Source: a virus. From it: a stretch of DNA of 64,000 nucleotides. Shown in pieces: positions 46,522-55,654 of the stretch. Each line of letters starts with the position of its first letter. The first letter of the stretch is position 1. The stretch covers positions 1 to 64,000 of IMG/VR virus record IMGVR_UViG_3300034102_002082; one strand, written 5' to 3'. A program made the position numbers and the translations under genes. The notes below the pieces were generated by a model, which saw nothing but the letters and a program-made list of their open reading frames with translations, ran no database searches and had not been told where the DNA came from.

Positions 46522-47136
46522 TCAATAAGTAAAATCGTTTATGATCCTATAATTTATATTAAAAGCATCAAATAGAAGTCTAAATTCCGCCAAACATTGT
46601 TCCTTTGCTCCACCCACTAAATAGCAACCAGATAATTTTTTTAAATCCGAAATCACAACATCTGGTATATTCACGGAGTCATTTTCGATAATATCTGGCA
46701 AATCAGTAAATTCGTTCCAATCATCTGCAAATAATTTTTCCCACTCATCGGTAGTTACGTCACGACTGTCGTATTTTTTATTCATAACCATAAATCGAAT
46801 AGCCTTAATAATATAAGCTCTATCCATCCCATTGTCCATCCACACACGAAAAAATCCGTATCCTTTATCAATAAATTTCATATTGGGTATCACATCATCA
46901 TTCAACCCATGTTCTAGATAGTAGTCTATTATTGAATTTTTATCATCTTCACTTCCGATACTATCACCATTGAAATAAACTACAATCGGACCTTTTCTAT
47001 TGTTTAAAAAATTACAAATACCATCAACAATCCCACCACAATATTTATTGTATTCGGGTTGAACATCTACGACTACAGTTGGTGATGATAATGTTCCTTC
47101 ATTAATTAAATGTAAATAAAAATCTTTGTATTTCAT
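46522..47136 (-). CDS. isochorismatase/cysteine-hydrolase-like protein with YKDFY tag
   Basis: MKYKDFYLHLINE; VVVDVQPEY, DKGYG, LVGGAKEQCL (D-K-C triad pattern). Confidence 0.7.
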   Translation of the reverse strand: MKYKDFYLHLINEGTLSSPTVVVDVQPEYNKYCGGIVDGICNFLNNRKGPIVVYFNGDSIGSEDDKNSIIDYYLEHGLNDDVIPNMKFIDKGYGFFRVWMDNGMDRAYIIKAIRFMVMNKKYDSRDVTTDEWEKLFADDWNEFTDLPDIIENDSVNIPDVVISDLKKLSGCYLVGGAKEQCLAEFRLLFDAFNINYRIINDFTY

Positions 47137-47213
47137 ATATGTTAAAATAATAAATATCAATAAAACTTTTTATATTCGTTATTTGTCATATATATTCATA
47201 TTTATACATATAT

Positions 47214-47534
47214 ATGGAAAAACTAAAATATTACGTAGCCGATTCAACTTTGCGGAAAAATAACCAAACTCCGGTCTACATTTACAATAACATACCCGAA
47301 TTGATACATCATTTAGAAGGGACATGTCTCAGAAATTTTAAACAATCCAGAGCAAAGTTGATGGAATCTGCCGCAGATACCGGTCTTATTGAAGATGACC
47401 GTGGGGGTAGAGCATTCTATGAATTGATGACCGAATATTTTAATATCGGTTATGTTAAGAATAATACACCAGTAAAGAAGAATATCTTCGAAGCTGAGTA
47501 CTTATCAACTAGACGAGATGAATTAGGAGATTAA
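47214..47534 (+). CDS. hypothetical protein
   Basis: 106 aa; ATATTTATA upstream. Confidence 0.7.
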   Translation: MEKLKYYVADSTLRKNNQTPVYIYNNIPELIHHLEGTCLRNFKQSRAKLMESAADTGLIEDDRGGRAFYELMTEYFNIGYVKNNTPVKKNIFEAEYLSTRRDELGD

Positions 47535-47539
47535 TACCT

Positions 47540-49165
47540 TTGGATATTATTTGGAATAAACCTGTTCAGGTATATACCAAGAGTGGAATGATGTTTGTTC
47601 GTTCTTGGTATATACCAGAAGAATTAAAGTCTGGATTTTTTAGATTTTGGGGTAAAAACCAAGATCTGAGAAAGCAAGGATTTAGTATAAAAGAGGAAGA
47701 TGGTAGTTGGGTATTATCCGAGTGGAGAAGAATGATAAGAGATTTCTCAAACATAGGAAGATACCCAGAAAAGAAAAAGATAATGATTCCAACTGAATCA
47801 TCGTTGGAAATAATACCGATTAAGAATCACTCTGGTTTGCGCGAGTGGCAACCCAATGTAGTTGCAAAATTGTGCGCATCTATACGGAAATATGGAGCAG
47901 CAATCGACGGGTCTGACTTGGGTACGGGGAAAAGTTATTGTGCTGTCGCTGTTGCTCGTGAGATGGGATATAATGTTGGTGTAGTGTGTCCAAAAGCAGT
48001 AGTAACGGAATGGAACAGAGTAATATCTAATCACTTTGGTATGACTCCTTTATTTGTAATAAATTATGAGGGATTGCGCACGGGAAAGCATAAGGATATT
48101 GCTGTATGGGAACGGTTATCGAAGAAAACGACACGAACAAAATTTAAATGGAAAATAAAGAATCCAGAAAAGACATTAATTATTTTCGACGAGAGTCATA
48201 AATTAAAAACATGGAGTACACAGAACGCAGAAATGGGTTACACAGCAAAAGATCAAGGATATAAAATTTTATGTCTATCTGCTACTAATAGCATATCGCC
48301 GATAGAGATGAGAACCGTTGGTAAAATAATTGGACTACATAATGGATCAAGTAAGGAATATACGAACTTCTTGACTGAGAGCGATTGTGAGAAGGGAAGA
48401 TTTGGGTGGCAATTTGGTGGAGATGAGGACGTATTAAAAAAGTTAAACTTTGATATATTCAAAGAAAGAGGAACTAGAATAAAACGAGAAGAAATCCCAT
48501 CTTTCCCGTCGTGTGATTTATCGGCAGAAGCCTTTGACATAGACGATAAATCTAAGAATGAGATGAATAAGATATTCAGTGAAATGAATTCAGAACTTAA
48601 ATCACTGGAAAGAACAATTAAATCAAACAAAGAGAAAAATCAGTTAGCGATGGTAATTCAATTGAGGGCTAGGCAAAAATGTGAATTTTTGAAAGTTCCT
48701 TTACTTGTTGATATGGCAAAGGATGCTATGGATAATGGGATGAGCGTAGCCATATTTATAAACTTCTCAGATACAATTAGATCGCTGGCAGAAAAGCTAG
48801 ATACTATCTGTATTGTGTGGGGGGAAGATGTAAAAAATAGACAACAACATATAGATGACTTCCAATCCAATAAGTCAAAAATAATATTAGTTAACATAAA
48901 AGCTGGTGGTGCTGGATTATCACTGCATAATTTAAATGGGAATCATCCACGACTTGCTTTGATTTCTCCAACAAACTCAGCGGTAGATTTAAAACAATGT
49001 ACGGGTAGAGTTTGGCGAACTGGAGCATTGACAAAGGCAGTACAAAAGATTATATTCATTTCTGGAACTGAGGAAGAAGTTATTTGCAATAAAATGAAAA
49101 CAAAATTACATAATTTAGATCTTATAAATGACGGAGACCTATCAGTTTCTCCGATTTTTAAGTGA
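47540..49165 (+). CDS. SNF2-like superfamily 2 helicase
   Basis: LREWQ, DLGTGKS, INYE, IFDESHKLK, LSAT, AGGAGLSLH, QCTGRVWR. Confidence 0.88.
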   Translation: MDIIWNKPVQVYTKSGMMFVRSWYIPEELKSGFFRFWGKNQDLRKQGFSIKEEDGSWVLSEWRRMIRDFSNIGRYPEKKKIMIPTESSLEIIPIKNHSGLREWQPNVVAKLCASIRKYGAAIDGSDLGTGKSYCAVAVAREMGYNVGVVCPKAVVTEWNRVISNHFGMTPLFVINYEGLRTGKHKDIAVWERLSKKTTRTKFKWKIKNPEKTLIIFDESHKLKTWSTQNAEMGYTAKDQGYKILCLSATNSISPIEMRTVGKIIGLHNGSSKEYTNFLTESDCEKGRFGWQFGGDEDVLKKLNFDIFKERGTRIKREEIPSFPSCDLSAEAFDIDDKSKNEMNKIFSEMNSELKSLERTIKSNKEKNQLAMVIQLRARQKCEFLKVPLLVDMAKDAMDNGMSVAIFINFSDTIRSLAEKLDTICIVWGEDVKNRQQHIDDFQSNKSKIILVNIKAGGAGLSLHNLNGNHPRLALISPTNSAVDLKQCTGRVWRTGALTKAVQKIIFISGTEEEVICNKMKTKLHNLDLINDGDLSVSPIFK

Positions 49166-49184
49166 GTCAACCATATTTATAATC

Positions 49185-49526
49185 ATGGAATCAATAAAAT
49201 TAAACAAAAAAGAACTCTTTCACGTAGAAGGAACGAATTGGAAAGTTGGTATTGAATTGACTACCGCAGATTTTGATAGCTTAGATGTGATGTTTATAGA
49301 AGCAGCGACAAGAGGAGTAGAATTTTGCTATCACGCAAAACCAAAGGAATTTAAACTAGGCGCATACATTCAGATATCATTAAAAAAGAAAACACCATAT
49401 ACGCGATGGGTTAACTCATACACCACGTTAGTAAACGCTTCTATGTTTAATATGTCAAACAAATTAAAGGAAAACTTTTTGAAATCACAAAAAGTCGATA
49501 TATCACTAGAAAAAGTAATAGTATAA
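49185..49526 (+). CDS. hypothetical protein
   Basis: start at 49185 (MESIKL) after ATATTTATA. Confidence 0.65.
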   Translation: MESIKLNKKELFHVEGTNWKVGIELTTADFDSLDVMFIEAATRGVEFCYHAKPKEFKLGAYIQISLKKKTPYTRWVNSYTTLVNASMFNMSNKLKENFLKSQKVDISLEKVIV

Positions 49527-49530
49527 ATTT

Positions 49531-50049
49531 ATGGGATTATCAGGAATAAAAAAGCCTATTAGTGAATTTGAGATAATATCAGTTCAGAAAATAGCGAAGT
49601 CAAAGAGTGAGTGTTCTCGTTTATTGGGAGTAAGTATATGCACGTATATAAAGTATGCTAGGTTATATGGGTTGGATATAAAGTTCACTAAACCAGATGG
49701 AACGAGGAAATATACTATCAAAAAAGGACCAAGAAATCCATTTAAAACTAGACAACCAATCGATGCTATATTACAGAACAAATATAAGGGACTGAATAAG
49801 AATACAGTTAAGAATAGATTATTCTCCGCTGGATTAAAGAAAGAAGAATGTGAACTATGTAAGTATTCCGATAAGAGAGAAATTGATGGAAAGTCTCCGT
49901 TGATGCTCAGACAAAAAGATCAAAATCCGGATAACTATAGTTTCGATAACTTAGAAATATTATGTTTCAATTGTTTTTTTACCTATTATGATGGTTGGTA
50001 TATTTCCGGAGAAAAATCACTCAGAAAATGTAAGAAGGTAAATGGATAA
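49531..50049 (+). CDS. HTH plus HNH-like nuclease domain protein
   Basis: SECSRLLGVSICTY HTH; CELC...PLML..KD...NY..DNLEILCFNC; canonical His appears missing. Confidence 0.7.
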   Translation: MGLSGIKKPISEFEIISVQKIAKSKSECSRLLGVSICTYIKYARLYGLDIKFTKPDGTRKYTIKKGPRNPFKTRQPIDAILQNKYKGLNKNTVKNRLFSAGLKKEECELCKYSDKREIDGKSPLMLRQKDQNPDNYSFDNLEILCFNCFFTYYDGWYISGEKSLRKCKKVNG

Positions 50050-50419
50050 TAATAACGAAATGTTTCATAAATTACTATCAGAGGCTCAAACGAATCTGAT
50101 TAGCAATAATATATTATACTCTAACCTTATATCCGATAGGGAAAAAGTTATAAAATTTTACGTAAAGAGAATAAATAAAGTACAGAAAAGAATAAGATCT
50201 ATTGGTAATGCCGTAAAAAGAGAAGAATCGAGAATACGGGAATGCAAAAAAATGCTCGGTATGTCGATTGATACAATACAAAAGGGAAAGGTAATTGTAA
50301 AGGAATCGATAGAACCTATAGATAAATTTGCTATAAATCCAATTACTGGAGAAGTAATCGAATTATCGTACGATGAAATAAATCAACTGTTAGAAGACAG
50401 AAAGAAAAAAACCCCGTAA
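50042..50419 (+). CDS. hypothetical coiled-coil protein
   Basis: 125 aa. Confidence 0.55.
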   Translation: MDNNNEMFHKLLSEAQTNLISNNILYSNLISDREKVIKFYVKRINKVQKRIRSIGNAVKREESRIRECKKMLGMSIDTIQKGKVIVKESIEPIDKFAINPITGEVIELSYDEINQLLEDRKKKTP

Positions 50420-50432
50420 GTTACGGGGTTTT
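50405..50432. terminator. bidirectional terminator
   Basis: AAAAAACCCCGTAA/TTACGGGGTTTTT between convergent genes. Confidence 0.75.
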
Positions 50433-50436
50433 TATT

Positions 50437-50979
50437 TTATATTTTTGGTGTTATTTTACCCTTATTCGGATAAGCATTTATCGACCATCTGGCTGGTTTC
50501 CCATCTTTTGTCATATCTGACGTAATTCCGGCTCTTGGTTCCGTTATTTTTGCACCACCTTCGTTAACAGAAGATATAGTTTTGTTTAACGGAGTTCCGT
50601 CGATATCGCCAGTTATGTGTGGACCACTAGCAGACAACTTTTCTGAGTTATTGCCTGCTTCTATGTTTTCTTCTCCACCATCTGGATTTACGACAACGGC
50701 AGTAGATATATCACCTAGACTTTTACATTTTTCCATATTACTATAATAATGTGGGTCTTCCTTTAAATGATCCATCGCAATTTTTTGCGCTATAGTATCA
50801 TCATCGGTATGTTCATGTTCTTCGTCTGATCCTTTTTGTAATTCTGGTGCATTGAACTCTTCCGGTTTTTCTTCTACTGTATCTTTATTGAGATGTGAGA
50901 AGAAATCCTTGAAATTGATATCCGTAGAATCTAAGTCATGTGTTTCTTTCAATTTTACTTTTTTTATTTGTTTTTTCAT
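50437..50979 (-). CDS. DUF5661-like protein
   Basis: ELQKGSDEEHEHTDD...IAMDHLKEDPHYYS; internal NFKDFFSHL tag variant. Confidence 0.75.
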   Translation of the reverse strand: MKKQIKKVKLKETHDLDSTDINFKDFFSHLNKDTVEEKPEEFNAPELQKGSDEEHEHTDDDTIAQKIAMDHLKEDPHYYSNMEKCKSLGDISTAVVVNPDGGEENIEAGNNSEKLSASGPHITGDIDGTPLNKTISSVNEGGAKITEPRAGITSDMTKDGKPARWSINAYPNKGKITPKI

Positions 50980-50983
50980 AATT

Positions 50984-52099
50984 TTATTTCTTATTATTCA
51001 TTCCTCGCATAATAGATGATATTGATTCTATCCCGCGACCAGCAACTCTTTCCTTGATGCCAGCTTGTACAATTTCATTTGCTACGCTGTTTACTACTGG
51101 AGAATTTCTGTTTCTGTTTTTCATCATTTCATCGATAATGTTACCGACTTGTTTTATCTTTTCTTCTTGTGTTACTTTTAGATCAGGCATAAGCATTTGT
51201 AATTTTGAATAATATTTTGGGTTTGTCTTTAAATTGTTTACTACTATCTCCTTGGCTTTTTCTTTACTTGGTCTCATTTGTTTTGCCATCTCGTAACGAA
51301 GACCGGAAAAAATTTCATCTTTATCTAAACCATCGACATTTAGATCGACATCGCTAACATTGTCATATGGAGCAGATCCTAATATAGTGTTTCCGTTCAT
51401 TGGTGAATACCTAGTATTCCTCGTTTCGGATGAGAATTTGCTTGGATCTTGTGAGGTTCCATTAAATGTAGCTGCCCATCCAGATGCGGCGATACTACCA
51501 CCAGCAGCACCACCGTAACCTCCACCAGCACCATAATCTTCTAATATTCTGGTATGTTGCTTTTTGTTATCTGAATATATTACTCTATCGATATCTATTT
51601 CCATACCATCGAAACCGTCATAATCCAATAGATCGTTGCCCTCATCAGATTTTACATATGCTAATGTAATATGTGCTTTATAATCTGGATAATTATTTTT
51701 ATAAGATAATTCTTTTAGTTCATTATTAATTTGATTTAATACTTCACCAGTTACATCTATCTTTATAACATCAAAATCGTCCGTACTGAATTTGGTCACT
51801 TTACCTAATGTAGCTTTTATCTTACCTTCATACTTCTTTAATATTTCTCTGGCAGCATCCTCGTTACCATCTTCTAACCCGTACAGCAAGGTTATATGTG
51901 GCCATTCTTCTTTTCCCTTTGAATCATCCCCTTCTTCTTGATATAGAATATCATCCGGTATTTCTTCGATAAATTCATATACCTTCATTAGTACTGGTAT
52001 ACTGTCAGATTTAGTGGTCTCTGTCGGAGGAACTTCCGCCATGACACAATCCTTGAACTCTTCATTTAATAGTTGCTTATAAAAATCTTTGTATTTCAT
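50984..52099 (-). CDS. 2H phosphoesterase (Acb1-like) fused to a DUF5661-like domain, with YKDFY tag
   Basis: MKYKDFYKQLLNE; two HxT motifs PHITLLYGL and AHITLAY; C-terminal GLRYEM...AKEIVVNNLKTNPKYYSKL. Confidence 0.8.
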   Translation of the reverse strand: MKYKDFYKQLLNEEFKDCVMAEVPPTETTKSDSIPVLMKVYEFIEEIPDDILYQEEGDDSKGKEEWPHITLLYGLEDGNEDAAREILKKYEGKIKATLGKVTKFSTDDFDVIKIDVTGEVLNQINNELKELSYKNNYPDYKAHITLAYVKSDEGNDLLDYDGFDGMEIDIDRVIYSDNKKQHTRILEDYGAGGGYGGAAGGSIAASGWAATFNGTSQDPSKFSSETRNTRYSPMNGNTILGSAPYDNVSDVDLNVDGLDKDEIFSGLRYEMAKQMRPSKEKAKEIVVNNLKTNPKYYSKLQMLMPDLKVTQEEKIKQVGNIIDEMMKNRNRNSPVVNSVANEIVQAGIKERVAGRGIESISSIMRGMNNKK

Positions 52100-52100
52100 A

Positions 52101-52442
52101 TTAATCAAATAATATTTTCTTGTCTGATATTCTTCCTTCGGTCGGTATTCCAGTTTTTCCTTTTAACATATTCATTACTGTTCTTGGACTCATCCCACCG
52201 AAATTTACACCAATTATACCTCGTTGTTTACAGTAATCTTCCAATTCTTTTATTTCTTCTGGATTGTATTCTTGTATATTATTCGGTTGGAATCCTAACG
52301 GTTTATCCTCTGTACTTCTTTTGCTGAATAGTTTAGTTGGATCAAACTCACCCGGTTTTGATACGTGGGGTTTAATTTCATTTTTCCCCATCATAGATGC
52401 CATGGTAGAGAAGTTAAATGTATTGAACGATAGTTGTTCCAT
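52101..52442 (-). CDS. hypothetical protein
   Basis: 113 aa; ATATTTATA upstream. Confidence 0.65.
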   Translation of the reverse strand: MEQLSFNTFNFSTMASMMGKNEIKPHVSKPGEFDPTKLFSKRSTEDKPLGFQPNNIQEYNPEEIKELEDYCKQRGIIGVNFGGMSPRTVMNMLKGKTGIPTEGRISDKKILFD

Positions 52443-52541
52443 TATCGTTATAAATATGCGACTAGTTACGTATTATGCGAATATTCTCCGGATTGTGATA
52501 TTTTTATACGCAATTGATAATTCATATATACTTATATATAT

Positions 52542-53360
52542 ATGAAAAATGGAGTGTACAACATACAGAATATAATAACAGGAGATTGTTATATAGGTAG
52601 TTGTGCGAGTAAATCTGGGTATAAAGCAAGATGGACAAACCATAAGAATGACCTAAGAAAAGGAAAACATCATTCTATCATATTACAGAATGCATGGAAC
52701 AAGTATAGCGAAGAAAATTTCATATTTTTTATGTTGGAGTACTGTGAACCAGTGATGTGTATCGAACGAGAGCAGTATTATATGGATAATTTGAATCCGA
52801 AATATAATGTCGCAGAAGTTGCCGGTAGCAACCTAGGGGTTAAACAATCAGAAGAAACGAAGAAAAAGTTACGAAATAGATCATATGACTGGATGCGTGG
52901 AGATAATAATTGGAATAGATTGCCGGAAAATAGAAAATCGTTACGCGATAGAATATTAAGAAATCCAATAAAACAAACAGAGGACGGGTGGAAAAAAATC
53001 TCCGAGTTCCACAAAGGAAAAAGTAAGACCGAAGAACATAGAGCTAAAATCTCAATATCAAATAAAGGGAAACAGAAATCACAGGAACAGTTAGAGAAAA
53101 TGCGAAAATGGCAAGTAGAACATAATACTGGCGATAAATGTCATTTCTCGAAGGATCGATATATATTTTCCGGTGAAAGTAATTCTAAGTTTAGTGGTTA
53201 TTTTAAATTTAAACACAAACTAACAAATGAAGAATTCATCGGATCAAAGATTGAATTCACTAACAAATTTAATTTGGAACATACGAAGGTATGTGCAATA
53301 TGCAACGGAAAAAGGAAATCTACTAAGAAATGGGTTTTTATCGAAAAAATATTAAAATAA
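52542..53360 (+). mobile_element. GIY-YIG homing endonuclease with NUMOD3-like repeats
   Basis: GVYNIQN...YIGS, RW..H, LQNAWNKY, EQYY, YN; SEETKKK and TEEHRAKIS repeats. Confidence 0.9.
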
Positions 53361-53364
53361 AATT

Positions 53365-53982
53365 ATGAAAAGAGCAAAAAACAAAAGTAATACGGATATA
53401 GTTCGTGGATATTTGGCGGGAGAACGTCCCTTCACTCAAGTAGGATATGAAGGTGTACCAGACGCAAAAAGAAAAGAAGGTGAAATATGGACGGATAGTA
53501 AAGGCCGCGAATGGATCAAAACATCTTATGGTATCCGTTCACATAATCCACAGGCAGATTTAATTAAAGAGGAAGCCGATAAGATGTGGATATGTAAAAG
53601 AACCGGACAGAATTTAAAGTTTTCACACAATAAATATGACAGAATGACTTTGATGAAAACTGGTATGAGTTTCGATGCTCTCGTCGAATACGAAACTGAG
53701 TTAAGAATAAAGGGTCTATACAACGATTATGCCGCTAAGAAGGTTTATAGAAACCAATTGGCTTATCTAGAAGATCTGAAAAAGAAATTAGAGGAGAGTT
53801 ACAAGTATACCGATGAACATAAGATTATAACTTATGTAAATTCGAATGGTTTGGTAGAAGAATGGGAGAATGATGCCCGTCAAGAATTGATGGAAAATAT
53901 AGTAAAAGATTTAGAGCAATGTAATAAATCGATAGAAGAAACAAAAGCAGAGATAGAAAAGTTAAGCCATATTGATATATGA
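53365..53982 (+). CDS. conserved hypothetical protein upstream of the terminase
   Basis: GERPFTQVGY, RKEGEIWTD; overlaps the terminase start. Confidence 0.75.
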   Translation: MKRAKNKSNTDIVRGYLAGERPFTQVGYEGVPDAKRKEGEIWTDSKGREWIKTSYGIRSHNPQADLIKEEADKMWICKRTGQNLKFSHNKYDRMTLMKTGMSFDALVEYETELRIKGLYNDYAAKKVYRNQLAYLEDLKKKLEESYKYTDEHKIITYVNSNGLVEEWENDARQELMENIVKDLEQCNKSIEETKAEIEKLSHIDI

Positions 53983-55598
53983 GCGAAGATAAGAATATCA
54001 GCGTAAAAGACGCTATACGGATAGAGTATAAAAAATGCGCGACGGATATTATATACTTCCTAAAAAAGTATGTCTATATACAAAACCCAGTAAAAGGTAG
54101 GGTTAAGTTCGAATTATATCCATTCCAAGAAGAAACCCTACGTCAATTTCAGAGCAATGACAAGAACATAGTACTAAAATCTAGGCAGATGGGAATATCC
54201 ACTCTGTGTTCATGTTATATATTATGGATAATGATATTCAACTCAGATAAAAATTGCTTAATTATATCAAAAACACAAGATGCTGCTAAGGAACTGGTGA
54301 CGAAGATTAGATTCGGTAATGATCACCTACCTAGTTGGTTAAAAGTTCCTGCCACAGAAGATAATAGATTATCATTAAGACTCAAGAACGGATCACAAGT
54401 TAAATCCGTATCTAGTTCTAAGGACTCTGCCCGTGGTGCTGCATGTTCTGTTCTCATAATGGACGAAACCGCTTTCTTGGATGATGGTGAAGCTATATGG
54501 TTGGCAGCACAACCAACATTGTCTACTGGTGGTAAGGTAGTAATGTTGTCTACACCAAATGGTCTTGGTAACTTCTTTCATAAAATGTGGATAGAAGCAG
54601 AATCAAGCAAGAATGGATTCAATCCTATTAGCTTAAAATGGGATCTACATCCAGATAGAGATCAACGGTGGAGAGATAAACAAACAGCGGAACAAGGTGT
54701 TAGACAATCTGCACAAGAATGTGATTGCGACTTTGCTTCATCTGGTAATACCGTAATAAATGACAATATAATAAAGCTATATGATACGATGGTTAAGCTC
54801 CCATTAGAGAAACAGGGACCAAGCGGAAATCTACATATATGGAAGTATCCGGTAGATGGTAAAAAGTATATGGTTTCTGCTGACGTTGGTAGAGGAGACT
54901 CCGAAGATTATTCTGCTTGTCATGTATTGGAACTTGAAACCATGGAACAAGTTGCTGAATTTGAACATAAATTATCAACAAAGGAATATGGTAATTTTTT
55001 GGTGGGCTTGGCTACACAATATAATGATGCTTTACTTGTCATAGAAAATAACAATATTGGGTGGGCGACTATTCAACAAGTAATAGATAGAAACTATAGG
55101 AATCTGTTTTATATGACTAACGACATGAAATATGTCGATGTTGAAGAGCAGATGACCAATAAGTTATATTCAGAGGATAAGAAGATGACACCAGGATTTT
55201 TGACTAGCTCAAAAACGAGACCATTGATAATTTCTAAGATGGAATTATATATGCAACAAAAAGAAGTCATAATAAATTCCCAGAGATTGATGAATCAATT
55301 CAGAACGTTCATATGGAATAACGGAAAAGCCGAAGCTGCTCGTGGCTATAACGACGATCTTGTGATGTCATTTGCAATAAGTATGTGGGTAAGAGATACA
55401 GCATTGAGATTACAAAGTCAAGGGATAGAACTAAATAAGATCATGTTAGATAAAATAGGAAATTCTTCTAGTAGAGGATATACAACATCAGGCACAAGTG
55501 GTGTTGGTGGAATATATAGAGCCAACGGAACTAACTCAAATCCGTGGGAGATAAAACTTGGTGGGGTATCTGAGGATTTACGGTGGTTAATTAGGTAA
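53979..55598 (+). CDS. gp17: terminase large subunit
   Basis: LYPFQ, KSRQMGIST Walker A, LIMDETAF, STPNG, ADVGRG..DYS, IENNNIG, NDDLVMS. Confidence 0.95.
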   Translation: MSEDKNISVKDAIRIEYKKCATDIIYFLKKYVYIQNPVKGRVKFELYPFQEETLRQFQSNDKNIVLKSRQMGISTLCSCYILWIMIFNSDKNCLIISKTQDAAKELVTKIRFGNDHLPSWLKVPATEDNRLSLRLKNGSQVKSVSSSKDSARGAACSVLIMDETAFLDDGEAIWLAAQPTLSTGGKVVMLSTPNGLGNFFHKMWIEAESSKNGFNPISLKWDLHPDRDQRWRDKQTAEQGVRQSAQECDCDFASSGNTVINDNIIKLYDTMVKLPLEKQGPSGNLHIWKYPVDGKKYMVSADVGRGDSEDYSACHVLELETMEQVAEFEHKLSTKEYGNFLVGLATQYNDALLVIENNNIGWATIQQVIDRNYRNLFYMTNDMKYVDVEEQMTNKLYSEDKKMTPGFLTSSKTRPLIISKMELYMQQKEVIINSQRLMNQFRTFIWNNGKAEAARGYNDDLVMSFAISMWVRDTALRLQSQGIELNKIMLDKIGNSSSRGYTTSGTSGVGGIYRANGTNSNPWEIKLGGVSEDLRWLIR

Positions 55599-55654
55599 TA
55601 ACTATCGTATTATAATAACATTTTACCCAAACGAATAGATACTTATTCATATAT

